A DNA stretch of 64,000 bases from Acidobacteriota bacterium. Its GTDB lineage: Bacteria > Acidobacteriota > UBA6911 > RPQK01 > JAJDTT01. The stretch covers positions 2,240,001 to 2,304,000 of the forward strand of contig OZ242374.1 of the NCBI GenBank assembly GCA_965209055.1. Reading direction: 5' to 3'. A program made the translations under genes and the position numbers. The notes below the pieces were generated by a model that saw nothing but the letters and a program-made list of their open reading frames with translations, did not search any database and was not told the DNA's origin. Every line of letters starts with the position of its first letter. Position 1 is the stretch's first letter. Below, piece by piece: positions 49,001-58,743 of the stretch.

Positions 49001-50899
49001 ATGAGGAATTCGCTTTTCGGGAAATGGCTTGGGCCCGCGGCTGCTGCGGCGCTGGTGCTCTTGCTCGCCGCCGGCTGCCGGATGGGGGAACCCTGGACCG
49101 AGGACAACGCCCGGGTGATCCAGGAAAACGGAGTCCAGGGAAGGGAGCGGGAGGTTCCCGATCTGGGCGTTCGCTCCAACCTGGACTGGGACAAGGTCTA
49201 TCCCGATGGGACGCTTCCCAAGCTGGAGTTGGCTCCCGGGGTCACGGCCCGGGCGGCGTGGGGCCAGGGGACCCTCTACGAATACGTGACCTTGGAGCCG
49301 GGCGCCGTCTATCCGGAAGAGACATTGGACGTGGAGGTGATCACTACGGTCCGGGCCGGCGGCATGACCCTGCGGGTGGATGACCAGGATCGAACGTTGG
49401 CCAAGAACGACGTGATCTACCTGGCCGAGGGGACCCGGCGCCGGATGGAGGCGGGCGCCGAGGGCGCGGAGCTGGTCGAAATCTTCTCGCCTCTGAGAAC
49501 CGACCACCTGGAGTTGGCCGGTGTCGAGGTCGAACCCGCGGAGATGCCGGATCAGGGGGTGATGCCTTCGTTGGAGGCGGGAAAGGTCTACAACATGGGG
49601 CAGATTCAACTCACGCCTCTGATCCCCGCCGACAAGAGCCTTCCCTACCCGCGCAGCAAGGCGAATTCACGGCTCATCTGGGGCAAGAACGCCATGCTCA
49701 GCTTCATCACCCTGGATCCGTCGGCGTACTTCCCCTTACACATCCATCCCGAGGACCAACTGATGATGGTGCTTCGAGGGAACGTGGTGCAGACCATGGT
49801 CGATCTCAACTTGCCGGTGGACGGGCAGGCCCGGCATGCCCTCTTCGTTCCGGGAGGAATGGTGCATGCCGGAGAGTCGGGGGAGTTCGGAGCCGACGTC
49901 CTGGATGCCTTCTGGCCGGTGAGGCCCGACTATCTGGAGGCGGCCACCCGCCAGAGCGCCCGTTATCAAGAAGTGATCGCCCCCGGAAGCGAGCCGGAGC
50001 GGGTGGCCACCGGCTTTACGTTCCTGGAGGGTCCCACCTGGATGGATGAGCGGCTCTACTTCTCCGACATGTATTTTGAGGATCCGGCGGCGGGCGACTG
50101 GACCGGAGATCCCAAGCGGAGCCGCCTGATCCGCATGGAGCCGAACGGCGAGACCAGGGTGCTCTCCCGGGGCCGGCAGACCAACGGAACCATTGCCTCC
50201 CGGCGCGGCAACCTCATCGTCTGCGACATGTTCGGACACCGGGTCGTGGAGGTCCATCCCCGGACCGGGAGGGTCATCCGCAACGTGCTCAGACGGGTCA
50301 ACGGCAAGCCTGTGGACGGTCCCAACGACTTGGTCATGGACGCCAAGGGGGGCATCTATGTCACCGATCCCCAATTCACGCTGGAGGCGAAGAAGAGCCA
50401 GCCCGGCGCCCAGGTCTACTATGTCCCGCGCAGAGGCCGCGCCCGGGTGGTGGTGCCGGCCGGGGAATTCGCCATGCCCAACGGCGTGGAGGTCTCGCCG
50501 GACGGCAAGACCCTCTACCTGAACAACACCTGGAAGAGCCCGGGTGAAAACTTCGTCTGGGCCTACGATATCCAGGAAGACGGATCGCTTGCCAACAAGC
50601 GCAAGTTCGCCATGCTCAACCTGACACCAGAAATAATGGATGCCGCCGACCCGGAAGACCGCGTCAACACCCAAGCCGACGGGATGGCGGTGGACATGGA
50701 GGGCCGAATCTATGTCGGAACGCTCTCCGGGGTTCAGATCTTCGACAACACCGGCCTTTACGTCGGGACCATCCACACCCCCGAGTTGCCGGTGGTGAGC
50801 TGCACCTTCGGAGGCGACAACTACGACGAGCTCTACATGGTCAGCCCCAATTCCGTCTGGAGGATACCGACCAGGGTTCAAGGCTTCCGGCATCCGTAG
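49001..50899 (+). CDS. Lipoprotein: tandem cupin domains fused to SMP-30/gluconolactonase
   Basis: Lipobox LAAGC; HIHPEDQ cupin motif; FLEGPTW, PNDL, PNG, ADGMAVD. Confidence 0.88.
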   Translation: MRNSLFGKWLGPAAAAALVLLLAAGCRMGEPWTEDNARVIQENGVQGREREVPDLGVRSNLDWDKVYPDGTLPKLELAPGVTARAAWGQGTLYEYVTLEPGAVYPEETLDVEVITTVRAGGMTLRVDDQDRTLAKNDVIYLAEGTRRRMEAGAEGAELVEIFSPLRTDHLELAGVEVEPAEMPDQGVMPSLEAGKVYNMGQIQLTPLIPADKSLPYPRSKANSRLIWGKNAMLSFITLDPSAYFPLHIHPEDQLMMVLRGNVVQTMVDLNLPVDGQARHALFVPGGMVHAGESGEFGADVLDAFWPVRPDYLEAATRQSARYQEVIAPGSEPERVATGFTFLEGPTWMDERLYFSDMYFEDPAAGDWTGDPKRSRLIRMEPNGETRVLSRGRQTNGTIASRRGNLIVCDMFGHRVVEVHPRTGRVIRNVLRRVNGKPVDGPNDLVMDAKGGIYVTDPQFTLEAKKSQPGAQVYYVPRRGRARVVVPAGEFAMPNGVEVSPDGKTLYLNNTWKSPGENFVWAYDIQEDGSLANKRKFAMLNLTPEIMDAADPEDRVNTQADGMAVDMEGRIYVGTLSGVQIFDNTGLYVGTIHTPELPVVSCTFGGDNYDELYMVSPNSVWRIPTRVQGFRHP

Positions 50900-50921
50900 C
50901 TTCGGGGGCGCAAGAAACACC

Positions 50922-52508
50922 ATGAAGAAGCCGCGCATCTACTTCCACAACGACGGCCGCCATCCGCTGATCTACATGCACGAGCCTCCCATGCAGAAGG
51001 AGGAGTACGAAGCCGCGGTGGACGAACTGTTGGGAACTCCCGTGGAAGCACTGGTCTTCTCCCTGGGCGAGGGGCGGACCATGCTCCACGACACGAAGGC
51101 CGGCGAGCTCTGGGGGCACAACGTGGAGAAGTGGCCCCATCTGATCTGGCGGCGGGCGCATCAGAACGCCCGCATGATGATCGATGCCGGGGATGATCCG
51201 CTTCGAGTCGTCGCCGACCGGGCCCGGAGCGAGAACATCCGCTTCTATCCCTCCCTCAACGTGCAGTGGCCGGCGGTCAAACGGGGGGAGGGGACCGTCT
51301 GGGTTCGAGTCTCCGACTTTCGCTGGAACAACAAACACCTGGAAATCGGTGCCGAGGGGGACGTGGACCCCGGGTATCCCGGTTTCGGGTGCCTGGACTT
51401 TCGGCATCCGGAGGCGCGGGACGAACGCTTCGCCATCGTGGAGGAGACGGTCCGGCGGTATCCGGTGGACGGCTTCGAGCTCAGCCTCAACAGTTTTCCC
51501 TATTTCTTCGCTCCGGACCGGATCGACGAGGGACGCCCCATTCTCACCGAGTGGGTGAGGCGGGTTTCCGAGACCGTCCGAGGCAGCGGCGCGGATCGGG
51601 AGCTGCTGGTGAAAGTGCCCACCAACCTGGCCGGCGGCTACTCTTTGGGATTGGACGTCGAGGAGTGGATTCGCCAGGGGCTGGTGGATGTCCTGGTGGT
51701 TCAGGACCGGCCGGGCGTGGTCAACCAGATGGCCGACTTCCGTCCCCTGGTGAAGGCGGCCCGAGGAACGGGCACCCGGATCGTCGCGGCGATCCAGAGC
51801 AGGGTCGAGACCGACCGGCTGGATGTGGAGACCATCGAGATGCTCCGGGCCACGGCCTGCAACTACTGGGCTCAGGGGATCGACGGAATGTACCTGGACC
51901 GGGGCTGGTTCCTGGACTGGCCGTATGAGGCTCCTTTCTACCAGAAGCTGCGGGAGTTGCCCTATCCGCACGTGATGGAGACCCGCGACAAGCATTACCA
52001 CCTGCTGACCCAGCCGGGCCGGGGGGCCGAAGACACGGTCCTTCAGACGCGGGCTCCGCTCCCGGCCGAACTGGAGGTGGGCCGGCCGGTCCACCTCGAT
52101 TTCACCATCAGCGACGATCTGCCCCGTTGGGATTCGGTGGGACGGGTCCATCGGGTTCTGCTGAGGATTCGGGTGAGGCAGACGACCGAGCTGGATCGCT
52201 GGCGGTTTCGACTCAACGGTCGGGAGCTTCCTGAAGATTCTCTCCGGAAAATCAATCATATGTACAAGATGCACGCCCCGCGGCAGCGGATCTCAGGCTA
52301 TTGGTTCGTCTTCACGCTGGAGCGCGGCCACTGGCCCAAGAACGGGGCCAACCGAATGGAGATCACTCTGTTGGAGCGGGACCCGGAGGTGACCAAACCG
52401 ATCAGGGTCCGCGATCTGGAGTTGGAGACCCGGTACCTGATGGGAAAGAACTTCCACCGGGAATACGTGGACCCGGACCTGGGGCCCTACGAGTTCTCCA
52501 CCGCGTAG
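50922..52508 (+). CDS. GHL10-like protein without signal peptide (close paralog of 47272-48975)
   Basis: Shared blocks EAAVDEL-GTPV, KWPHLI-RRA, TTELDRWRF-LNGR-LP. Confidence 0.8.
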   Translation: MKKPRIYFHNDGRHPLIYMHEPPMQKEEYEAAVDELLGTPVEALVFSLGEGRTMLHDTKAGELWGHNVEKWPHLIWRRAHQNARMMIDAGDDPLRVVADRARSENIRFYPSLNVQWPAVKRGEGTVWVRVSDFRWNNKHLEIGAEGDVDPGYPGFGCLDFRHPEARDERFAIVEETVRRYPVDGFELSLNSFPYFFAPDRIDEGRPILTEWVRRVSETVRGSGADRELLVKVPTNLAGGYSLGLDVEEWIRQGLVDVLVVQDRPGVVNQMADFRPLVKAARGTGTRIVAAIQSRVETDRLDVETIEMLRATACNYWAQGIDGMYLDRGWFLDWPYEAPFYQKLRELPYPHVMETRDKHYHLLTQPGRGAEDTVLQTRAPLPAELEVGRPVHLDFTISDDLPRWDSVGRVHRVLLRIRVRQTTELDRWRFRLNGRELPEDSLRKINHMYKMHAPRQRISGYWFVFTLERGHWPKNGANRMEITLLERDPEVTKPIRVRDLELETRYLMGKNFHREYVDPDLGPYEFSTA

Positions 52509-52512
52509 GAGA

Positions 52513-52544
52513 GGGGACATTCCTGTCCCCAGTCTTCTTTTTTG
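52513..52544 (+). terminator. Hairpin GGGGACA-TTCC-TGTCCCC with T-rich tail (terminator / REP-like)
   Basis: 7-bp stem between convergent genes followed by agTCTTCTTTTTT. Confidence 0.7.
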
Positions 52545-52578
52545 TGCAGGTCGGCGGTGGGGAAGTGTAAAGGGGGGA

Positions 52579-53466
52579 TTATCGAGACTCCACCACGACC
52601 GTATCCAGCTTGTCCTTTTCCCGGGCGACCCCGATGATCATCAGTTCCAGGGAAGAGTCCGGGCCGCCGGCGATGGAGTGAGCTTCGCCCAGGAGGACAG
52701 GAACAGCGTCTCCATCCGCTACCGGGGCGGTTTCTTCCCGGTCCCCTATGCCGAGGCGGAAAGTTCCGGTCCCGGCCATCACGTAGAACACTTCCTCCAC
52801 ACCCTGGTGCCGGTGCTTCCCCAACGAGGTTCCCGGAGGAAGGAGCAGGTGGTCCACGTAGGCCCAATTGGTTCGGAACACCTCCGGTGAGAGCGCCCGC
52901 CGGTAAAGGACGGTTCCGGTCCCGCCGAGGAGCCTGTCCGTGGCCTTGAGCAGCCGGCGGTCCAGCCGCATGGTCATGAAGACGGGCACCGGGTCTTTGG
53001 GCACGCCGACCCGGTCGTCTCCCAGATCGAAGGCATCGTACTTTCGCTTGACCGTGGAGACGGCGATGTTCATCCACTGGGTGGGCCGGTCCGTCGGGTT
53101 GTAGATGCCGTGAGAGCTTCCCTGGCGGCAGGGGGCTCCGGACGGACCCTGAAGCGTGGAGGTCCTTCCGTCGATGGTGAACTCGGCCTCGTTGTCGAAG
53201 ATGACGTACATCTCCTCCATCCGGTTGTGGAAGTGGTGGCCGATGCCGCCGCCGGGATGCAGCACGCCCCGGTGGACGAACAGGAGATTGGTGGACAAGG
53301 CGTCCCGTCCCAGGAGGGTCATGTAGGCCATCTCTCCGGCGCCGCCGTGAACCGCCTTGATGGTCCTCAGGGTCTCGGGCGCCGTGTGTCCGATCCGTTC
53401 CGCAAGCGGCTTTTTCTGGGCTGTGGCCGAAGTGAAGAACAGCAGCATGAGGAGAACGACTTTCAT
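52579..53466 (-). CDS. Secreted bicupin protein
   Basis: Signal peptide; HHFHNRMEE and KHRHQGVEE cupin motifs. Confidence 0.85.
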   Translation of the reverse strand: MKVVLLMLLFFTSATAQKKPLAERIGHTAPETLRTIKAVHGGAGEMAYMTLLGRDALSTNLLFVHRGVLHPGGGIGHHFHNRMEEMYVIFDNEAEFTIDGRTSTLQGPSGAPCRQGSSHGIYNPTDRPTQWMNIAVSTVKRKYDAFDLGDDRVGVPKDPVPVFMTMRLDRRLLKATDRLLGGTGTVLYRRALSPEVFRTNWAYVDHLLLPPGTSLGKHRHQGVEEVFYVMAGTGTFRLGIGDREETAPVADGDAVPVLLGEAHSIAGGPDSSLELMIIGVAREKDKLDTVVVESR

Positions 53467-53558
53467 AGGCCTATCCAGGTTGGCGGCACCGGCGCCGGAC
53501 CGCAGCAACCCACGCGGGAGGTCGATCAGAGCAACCCCGTCAGGAGACGCCGCCGGCA

Positions 53559-54065
53559 TCACCACCCGCGGCGGTTTCCCTCCAGGACGATTCGACGATA
53601 GACGGCGGGCGGCAACTGAAAGTCGCGGAAGACCTTCAGCTTGTAGCGGTCGTTCAATAAATTCTTGAGGCTGATGTTCCGCTTCAGGTTCCTGTCCCGG
53701 GGCCGCCTCCGGTCGGCCTCGTCCCGGGCCCTCTGTTCAGCCTTTTTCCATGCCATGAAGATGTCGCGGCGAACCGAGCTGTCCGAAGGAAGATCCGCGA
53801 CGAAAGAAACGGGGCGCGCCACCGACTTGTGCACGTAGCGGGTCGCCGCCGAGAAGAGATGAATGGCGTACCAGTTGCCTTTTTCGTCCTCCAATTGGAA
53901 GACGTCGTGGCGTGCCGCTTTGGCCACGATTCCGGCGCCGCGGCGGGGCGCGTTACGGATATTCGCGATTCGGGTCCTGATCTCGACGTAATGGGCCGCA
54001 CTCAGCAGCGGTCCACTCAGAAAGAGCAGGATCAATCCGAGGCAGACCGACGGCGCGGGTCTCAT
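53559..54065 (-). CDS. Secreted bacterial SH3 domain protein
   Basis: Signal peptide; ANIRNAP...GNWY-I...YVH. Confidence 0.75.
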   Translation of the reverse strand: MRPAPSVCLGLILLFLSGPLLSAAHYVEIRTRIANIRNAPRRGAGIVAKAARHDVFQLEDEKGNWYAIHLFSAATRYVHKSVARPVSFVADLPSDSSVRRDIFMAWKKAEQRARDEADRRRPRDRNLKRNISLKNLLNDRYKLKVFRDFQLPPAVYRRIVLEGNRRGW

Positions 54066-54072
54066 TCGCCCG

Positions 54073-54390
54073 CTAGTCTCCCGAACGGAAATTGGCGTCG
54101 GAAGAGGATTCCGCTTCCTGGGAGTCGGCGGACGGTTTTCGGATTCGAGGCTTCATATGGGTTCCGGACCCCGGACCCATGGGCTTGAGCTTCGACACCT
54201 CGTGAAAATGAAAACCGATGGTCTCAGGCTCGGCCTCCTCGAGATCCGGATCTTCGCCGAAGTCGTAGCGCTCTACCGGAGCCAGACCTTTCTTCCGTTC
54301 GAAACGCCGCTGGCGCTTCAGGTTGGCCTTCTCCATTCTGCGCAACTCTTTTTGCCGCTTGAGGTAGGACTGTCGAGACTTCCTGGCCAT
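54073..54390 (-). CDS. Small hypothetical protein with basic N-terminal helix and acidic tail
   Basis: GGAGG RBS; MARKSRQSYLKRQKE...EK..KRQRR. Confidence 0.65.
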   Translation of the reverse strand: MARKSRQSYLKRQKELRRMEKANLKRQRRFERKKGLAPVERYDFGEDPDLEEAEPETIGFHFHEVSKLKPMGPGSGTHMKPRIRKPSADSQEAESSSDANFRSGD

Positions 54391-54556
54391 ACGGAAAACC
54401 TCCGGGGGATTGAACACCAAGGGTTTCGAGAGTTCCGCCCGGCGAGCTTAAACTCTACATGGAACCTTGAAAATATTCCAGCGAGCGGCTTCCGGCCGCC
54501 CGCCCTTTTGGTTGAAATCCTTTCCGATGACTGTCAAGTTTGGTAGTCAGATCACC

Positions 54557-56719
54557 ATGTCACACATCCGGCGGCTCCTCCCGGCCACCCTACTCCCGGC
54601 CACCCTCCTCCTGGCGATTTCAGGCTTGGCTCTGGCGCAGGAACGGCGTGTTCCCGAACGTGGATACACGGACTGGCGAGTGTACGGAGGCACGGCCGAA
54701 AGCATCCGCTACTCGGCATTGACCCGGATCCATCGTGGAAACGTTCAACGGCTGGAGTTGGCCTGGACGCACGACACGGGAGATGCCACGGAAGACTCGG
54801 AGATGCCGTGCAATCCCATCGTCATCGACGATGTTCTCTATGCCTTGACGCCGACACTGCGGATCTTCGCGCTGGAGGCGGCCACCGGCAGGTTGATCTG
54901 GCGAGTCGAGCTGCCCGGAGAATTCACGCGCGCCCAGAGGCGCCTCCGGGGATTGGCTTGGTGGGGGGATGAACGGGAGGGGCGCATTTTCGCCACCAAG
55001 GGGCCGTACCTCTATGCCCTGGACGCCCGCAACGGCCGGCTGATACCAGGGTTCGGCGATTCGGGGCGGGTCGATCTCAGAGTCGGCTTGGGGCGTCCGA
55101 CCGAGACTCTTCGAATCTGGGCCAGAACGCCGGGCGTGGTCTACGGGGACCTCCTGATCCAGGGCAGCGTCATGAGCGAGGGTCTCCCGGCACCGCCGGG
55201 TGACGTCCGCGCCTACGACGTGCGTTCCGGCGAGCTGCGCTGGTCTTTCCACACGATTCCCCGTCCGGGAGAGATTGGCTACGAGACCTGGCCGGAGGAC
55301 GCTTGGAAATACGCCGGAGCCGCCAACAGTTGGGCGGGCATGAGCGTGGATTTGCAAAGGGGAATGGTCTTCATCCCTACGGGGTCGGCCTCCTTCGACT
55401 TCTACGGCGCCAATCGCCACGGCGACAATCTCTTTGCCAATTCCCTCATCGCGCTCCGGGCCGCGACCGGAGAGCGCGTCTGGCATTTCCAGTTCGTACG
55501 CCACGATCTCTGGGATCGGGACATTCCGGCTCAGCCCTCGCTGGTCACGGTGAAGCGGGACGGGCGGCTGGTGGACGCGGTGGCGCAGACCACGAAGTCG
55601 GGTCACGTCTTCGTATTCGACCGGGAGCGGGGAACTCCCCTGTTCCCCATCGAGTACCGGCCGGCGCCGGAAACCGACGTCGTGGGGGAACGGGTCGCCG
55701 CCACCCAGCCCTTCCCCCTGAAGCCGCCTCCGTTTGCGCGGCAGCGGCTGACCGAGGAGATGGTCACGCGCCGTACTCCGGAGGCGCATGAAGCCGTCCT
55801 GAAGTGGTTGAGGAGCCTGCGAAACGAAGGACCCTTCACGCCTCCCAGCCTCCAGGGGACGGTCATCTTCCCCGGGTTCGACGGTGGAGCGAATTGGGGA
55901 GGGGCCGCCTTCGATCCCGAGACCGGACTGCTCTACGTGAATGCCAACGAAATGGCGTGGGTCCTGCGATTGGTGGAGACCTCCCGGCCCGATCAACCGT
56001 TCGGCGGACAGCAACTGTACCTGGACCGGTGCGCCGGCTGCCACCGGGCGGACCTCCGGGGGACTCCGCCCGAATTCCCGTCTCTTGTCCACCTGAGAAA
56101 TCACTCGAACGAGCAGGAGGTCGTCCGCATGATCCGCGAGGGCGGGGGCCGGATGCCCGGTTTCCACCAGTTGGAACCGGACGAGCTCCAGGCGGTGGCT
56201 CGCTATCTCCTGAAGGGCGAGGATGCTCCTCTGAGCAGAAAGGGGAGGAAAACCCGGGACCCGGTCCTCCGTTACCGGCACGCCGGCTACGACAAGCTGT
56301 TGGACCCGGACGGATATCCGGGCGTCGAGCCCCCTTGGGGCACGCTGACGGCCATCGATCTGGACCGGGGAGAAATCGCCTGGCAGATTCCGTTGGGAGA
56401 ATTTCCCGAATTGGCCGCCCAGGGGCTCCGAAACACGGGGACCGAGAACTACGGCGGGCCGGTGGTCACCGCCGGCGGCCTCGTCTTCATCGGGGCCACC
56501 AACCATGACAGCAAATTCCGGGCCTTCGACAAGGCCACGGGCCGCCTGTTGTGGGAGGCCGGCCTTCCGGCTGGAGGGAATGCCACTCCCGCCGTGTATC
56601 AGGCCGGGGGACGCCAGTTCGTGGTCATCGCCGCGGGAGGCGGCAAATCGGGGGCGCCGTCGGGGGGCAGCTATCTGGCGTTCGCCCTGCCGGATGGGGA
56701 AACTGAAAACGATCCCTGA
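54557..56719 (+). CDS. PQQ-dependent (glucose/quinate-type) dehydrogenase with inserted cytochrome c domain
   Basis: RYS-L-I...[38 protein letters not shown]; internal CAGCH. Confidence 0.92.
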   Translation: MSHIRRLLPATLLPATLLLAISGLALAQERRVPERGYTDWRVYGGTAESIRYSALTRIHRGNVQRLELAWTHDTGDATEDSEMPCNPIVIDDVLYALTPTLRIFALEAATGRLIWRVELPGEFTRAQRRLRGLAWWGDEREGRIFATKGPYLYALDARNGRLIPGFGDSGRVDLRVGLGRPTETLRIWARTPGVVYGDLLIQGSVMSEGLPAPPGDVRAYDVRSGELRWSFHTIPRPGEIGYETWPEDAWKYAGAANSWAGMSVDLQRGMVFIPTGSASFDFYGANRHGDNLFANSLIALRAATGERVWHFQFVRHDLWDRDIPAQPSLVTVKRDGRLVDAVAQTTKSGHVFVFDRERGTPLFPIEYRPAPETDVVGERVAATQPFPLKPPPFARQRLTEEMVTRRTPEAHEAVLKWLRSLRNEGPFTPPSLQGTVIFPGFDGGANWGGAAFDPETGLLYVNANEMAWVLRLVETSRPDQPFGGQQLYLDRCAGCHRADLRGTPPEFPSLVHLRNHSNEQEVVRMIREGGGRMPGFHQLEPDELQAVARYLLKGEDAPLSRKGRKTRDPVLRYRHAGYDKLLDPDGYPGVEPPWGTLTAIDLDRGEIAWQIPLGEFPELAAQGLRNTGTENYGGPVVTAGGLVFIGATNHDSKFRAFDKATGRLLWEAGLPAGGNATPAVYQAGGRQFVVIAAGGGKSGAPSGGSYLAFALPDGETENDP

Positions 56720-56812
56720 AACGAAAACGGTCGCGGCCCTCCGGTCGGTTCCCGATCTGAGGCGACTCGCGAATGGCAGGCTCCCAGCTTCTTGTGTGAG
56801 TCCGGCAATTTC

Positions 56813-57964
56813 ATGTGGAGACTGAATTCGATCGTCGCATCGGCATGGCTTCTGACCTGTTCTCAGGTGACGGCGGCAGAGCTCACCCGGTTTCCCATCG
56901 GCGGCAATGGTATTCCCAGTGCGATCCGGGTCGGCAGAGCGGGACTGGCGCACACTGGAATGATTGTCGGAGCCGAGGCAGGACAGGGGGCGTCCGGTAT
57001 TTCCCGGATCGCCGCGCAGGTCGAGGCCATTGCCCGGCATTACGGGTCGACGCTTGCAGACGTGGCCAAATTGAACCTCTACGTCGCCGAACCCCAACCT
57101 GGTCTGATCCGCCAGATCGAAACTGAAATCGAGCAGGCGTGGTCCCGCGAAGCCTGCCCCGCCCTCACGCTGATTCCATCGCCGATTCCGGGTGGCGCGT
57201 CCGTCGCCGCGGACGCCGTCATCGCCGTGCCCATGAATGATGGCGCGGTCACCCGATTCGGCAACAAGGCATCCGTGATGCCGCCGGGCCGCGACATACT
57301 CTACGTATCCGGCCGCGTGGGTTCCGGCGCCCTGGCGGAAGCCACGACGGAGACCATGCGGCAACTCTTCGACGTGCTGGCGCACCTGGGGAGTACCCGG
57401 GCCGACGTGGTGCAGGTCAAGGCCTTCATTCAACCCATGTCCCATTGGGAGACCGTCCAACTTGAAATCGACCGAGCCTTCGGGAACGTCTCCTCGCCGC
57501 CGGTGGTCTACGTCGCGTGGACGTCCCCGTCACGCGCCACCGAGATCGAATTGATCGCGGCAGCGCCCGACCGGCAGAAAAAGGAAATGACCGTCAGCTA
57601 CATCACGCCTCCCGGTGACCAGGCGTCCCCGGTCTACAGTCGTGTGGCGCGGGTCCACGCCGGCGAATTGATCTACATCGGTGGCATCGTGGCCCGCGAG
57701 GCGGCCCCGCCGGAAGGGGAAGTCCGGACGGTCCTCGATGAACTGCGGCGCGTCGCCGAGGGGGCCGGGTCGAACCTCAATCACTTGGCCAAGGCGACCT
57801 ATTACGTCTCCGGCAGGCCGGCGTCGCAGATGCTGAACCAATTGCGGCCCGAGTACTATTCGCCGACCCGGCCGCCGGCCGCATCCAAGATCTCCGTGGC
57901 AACCATCGGCATCCCGGACCGCACCCTGTTGGTGGATATGGTCGCGGTGCCGGCGGGCCAGTGA
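56813..57964 (+). CDS. Secreted protein with three tandem RidA/YjgF-like domains
   Basis: Three repeats of GS-L-D[VL][AV]K---[YF]; signal-like N-terminus. Confidence 0.78.
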   Translation: MWRLNSIVASAWLLTCSQVTAAELTRFPIGGNGIPSAIRVGRAGLAHTGMIVGAEAGQGASGISRIAAQVEAIARHYGSTLADVAKLNLYVAEPQPGLIRQIETEIEQAWSREACPALTLIPSPIPGGASVAADAVIAVPMNDGAVTRFGNKASVMPPGRDILYVSGRVGSGALAEATTETMRQLFDVLAHLGSTRADVVQVKAFIQPMSHWETVQLEIDRAFGNVSSPPVVYVAWTSPSRATEIELIAAAPDRQKKEMTVSYITPPGDQASPVYSRVARVHAGELIYIGGIVAREAAPPEGEVRTVLDELRRVAEGAGSNLNHLAKATYYVSGRPASQMLNQLRPEYYSPTRPPAASKISVATIGIPDRTLLVDMVAVPAGQ

Positions 57965-57980
57965 AACAAGTGAGACCGGT

Positions 57981-58193
57981 TTAGCCGGCAGATCCTTTGG
58001 CCCGGGAATCCCTCTCCCGGTTTGCCGCTTCGATAGAGGGAAAGTACTGAACACCTTTCGGCGCTACGGGTCGCGCCAAGCGGCGGGAAAACTCCCATAG
58101 CTGCCGGATGCGGTGGGCGAGGCGAGGATGATTCGAGTCGGACCATAGGGCACGGCGCGCGTCGTCATGGTCCTTGAATTTGGTGACCGGCAC
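57981..58193 (-). CDS. Small hypothetical protein (partner of nucleotidyltransferase cassette)
   Basis: GTG start MPVTKFK, GV--F-SIE-AN motif, GGAGG upstream. Confidence 0.6.
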   Translation of the reverse strand: MPVTKFKDHDDARRALWSDSNHPRLAHRIRQLWEFSRRLARPVAPKGVQYFPSIEAANRERDSRAKGSAG

Positions 58194-58663
58194 ACTGGTC
58201 CTCCAAGCTGAACTTTTCACTTAACGCCGCTGCGTCAGCCTTGTCAATTGGACGAACCGTCCCTTTCTTCCATTCGGTGGAGTGTCGCAGCCGTGGCCAG
58301 ACGAATCTTGACCCCTTCCAACTCGACCACCTCGACATCGAGATCGTCGAATGCGAATTCGGTACCCAGCCGAGACAACAAGTCGATGGCAAAATCTTCA
58401 TTTGGAGGGCCATAGCGGATGACGGGGTATGCGTCAGCCATCTCACAGGCCTTGATTTCTTCGATTTGAGGGTCTTTCCAGACCGCCCTCAGCGCGGCCT
58501 TGAAGCGTTCCACGTTTCCGTCTTGCAGCCGAACGAAAAAGTCAATGTCTTCGGTAGCCCGGATGATGCCGTGGAGGTTGAGTGCGGCTCCCCCGACCAA
58601 CACGTATTCGACCCGGTGCGCCTCGAGTTCTCGCAGAAGTTGAAGGAACCGGTCGAAATTCAT
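58165..58663 (-). pseudogene. Nucleotidyltransferase (AbiEii/DUF6036-like), frameshifted near 58270
   Basis: VLVGGAALNLHG--RATEDID; C-terminal KKGTVRPIDKAD continues in another frame. Confidence 0.75.
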
Positions 58664-58743
58664 GGATGTCCTGCGAAAAGAGTAGCATGACCCGGCTATG
58701 GTAACTTGAGGATCTCCCGGTCCATTTTGGGGGAAGGGTTCCG

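Noticed and set aside
54620-57460. 946-aa antisense ORF and other long shadow ORFs (e.g. 10241-12367, 43413-45695, 3460-5703, 47158-49194)
   Set aside because: They lie antisense to or overlap well-supported genes, have no family motifs, and are expected in high-GC DNA
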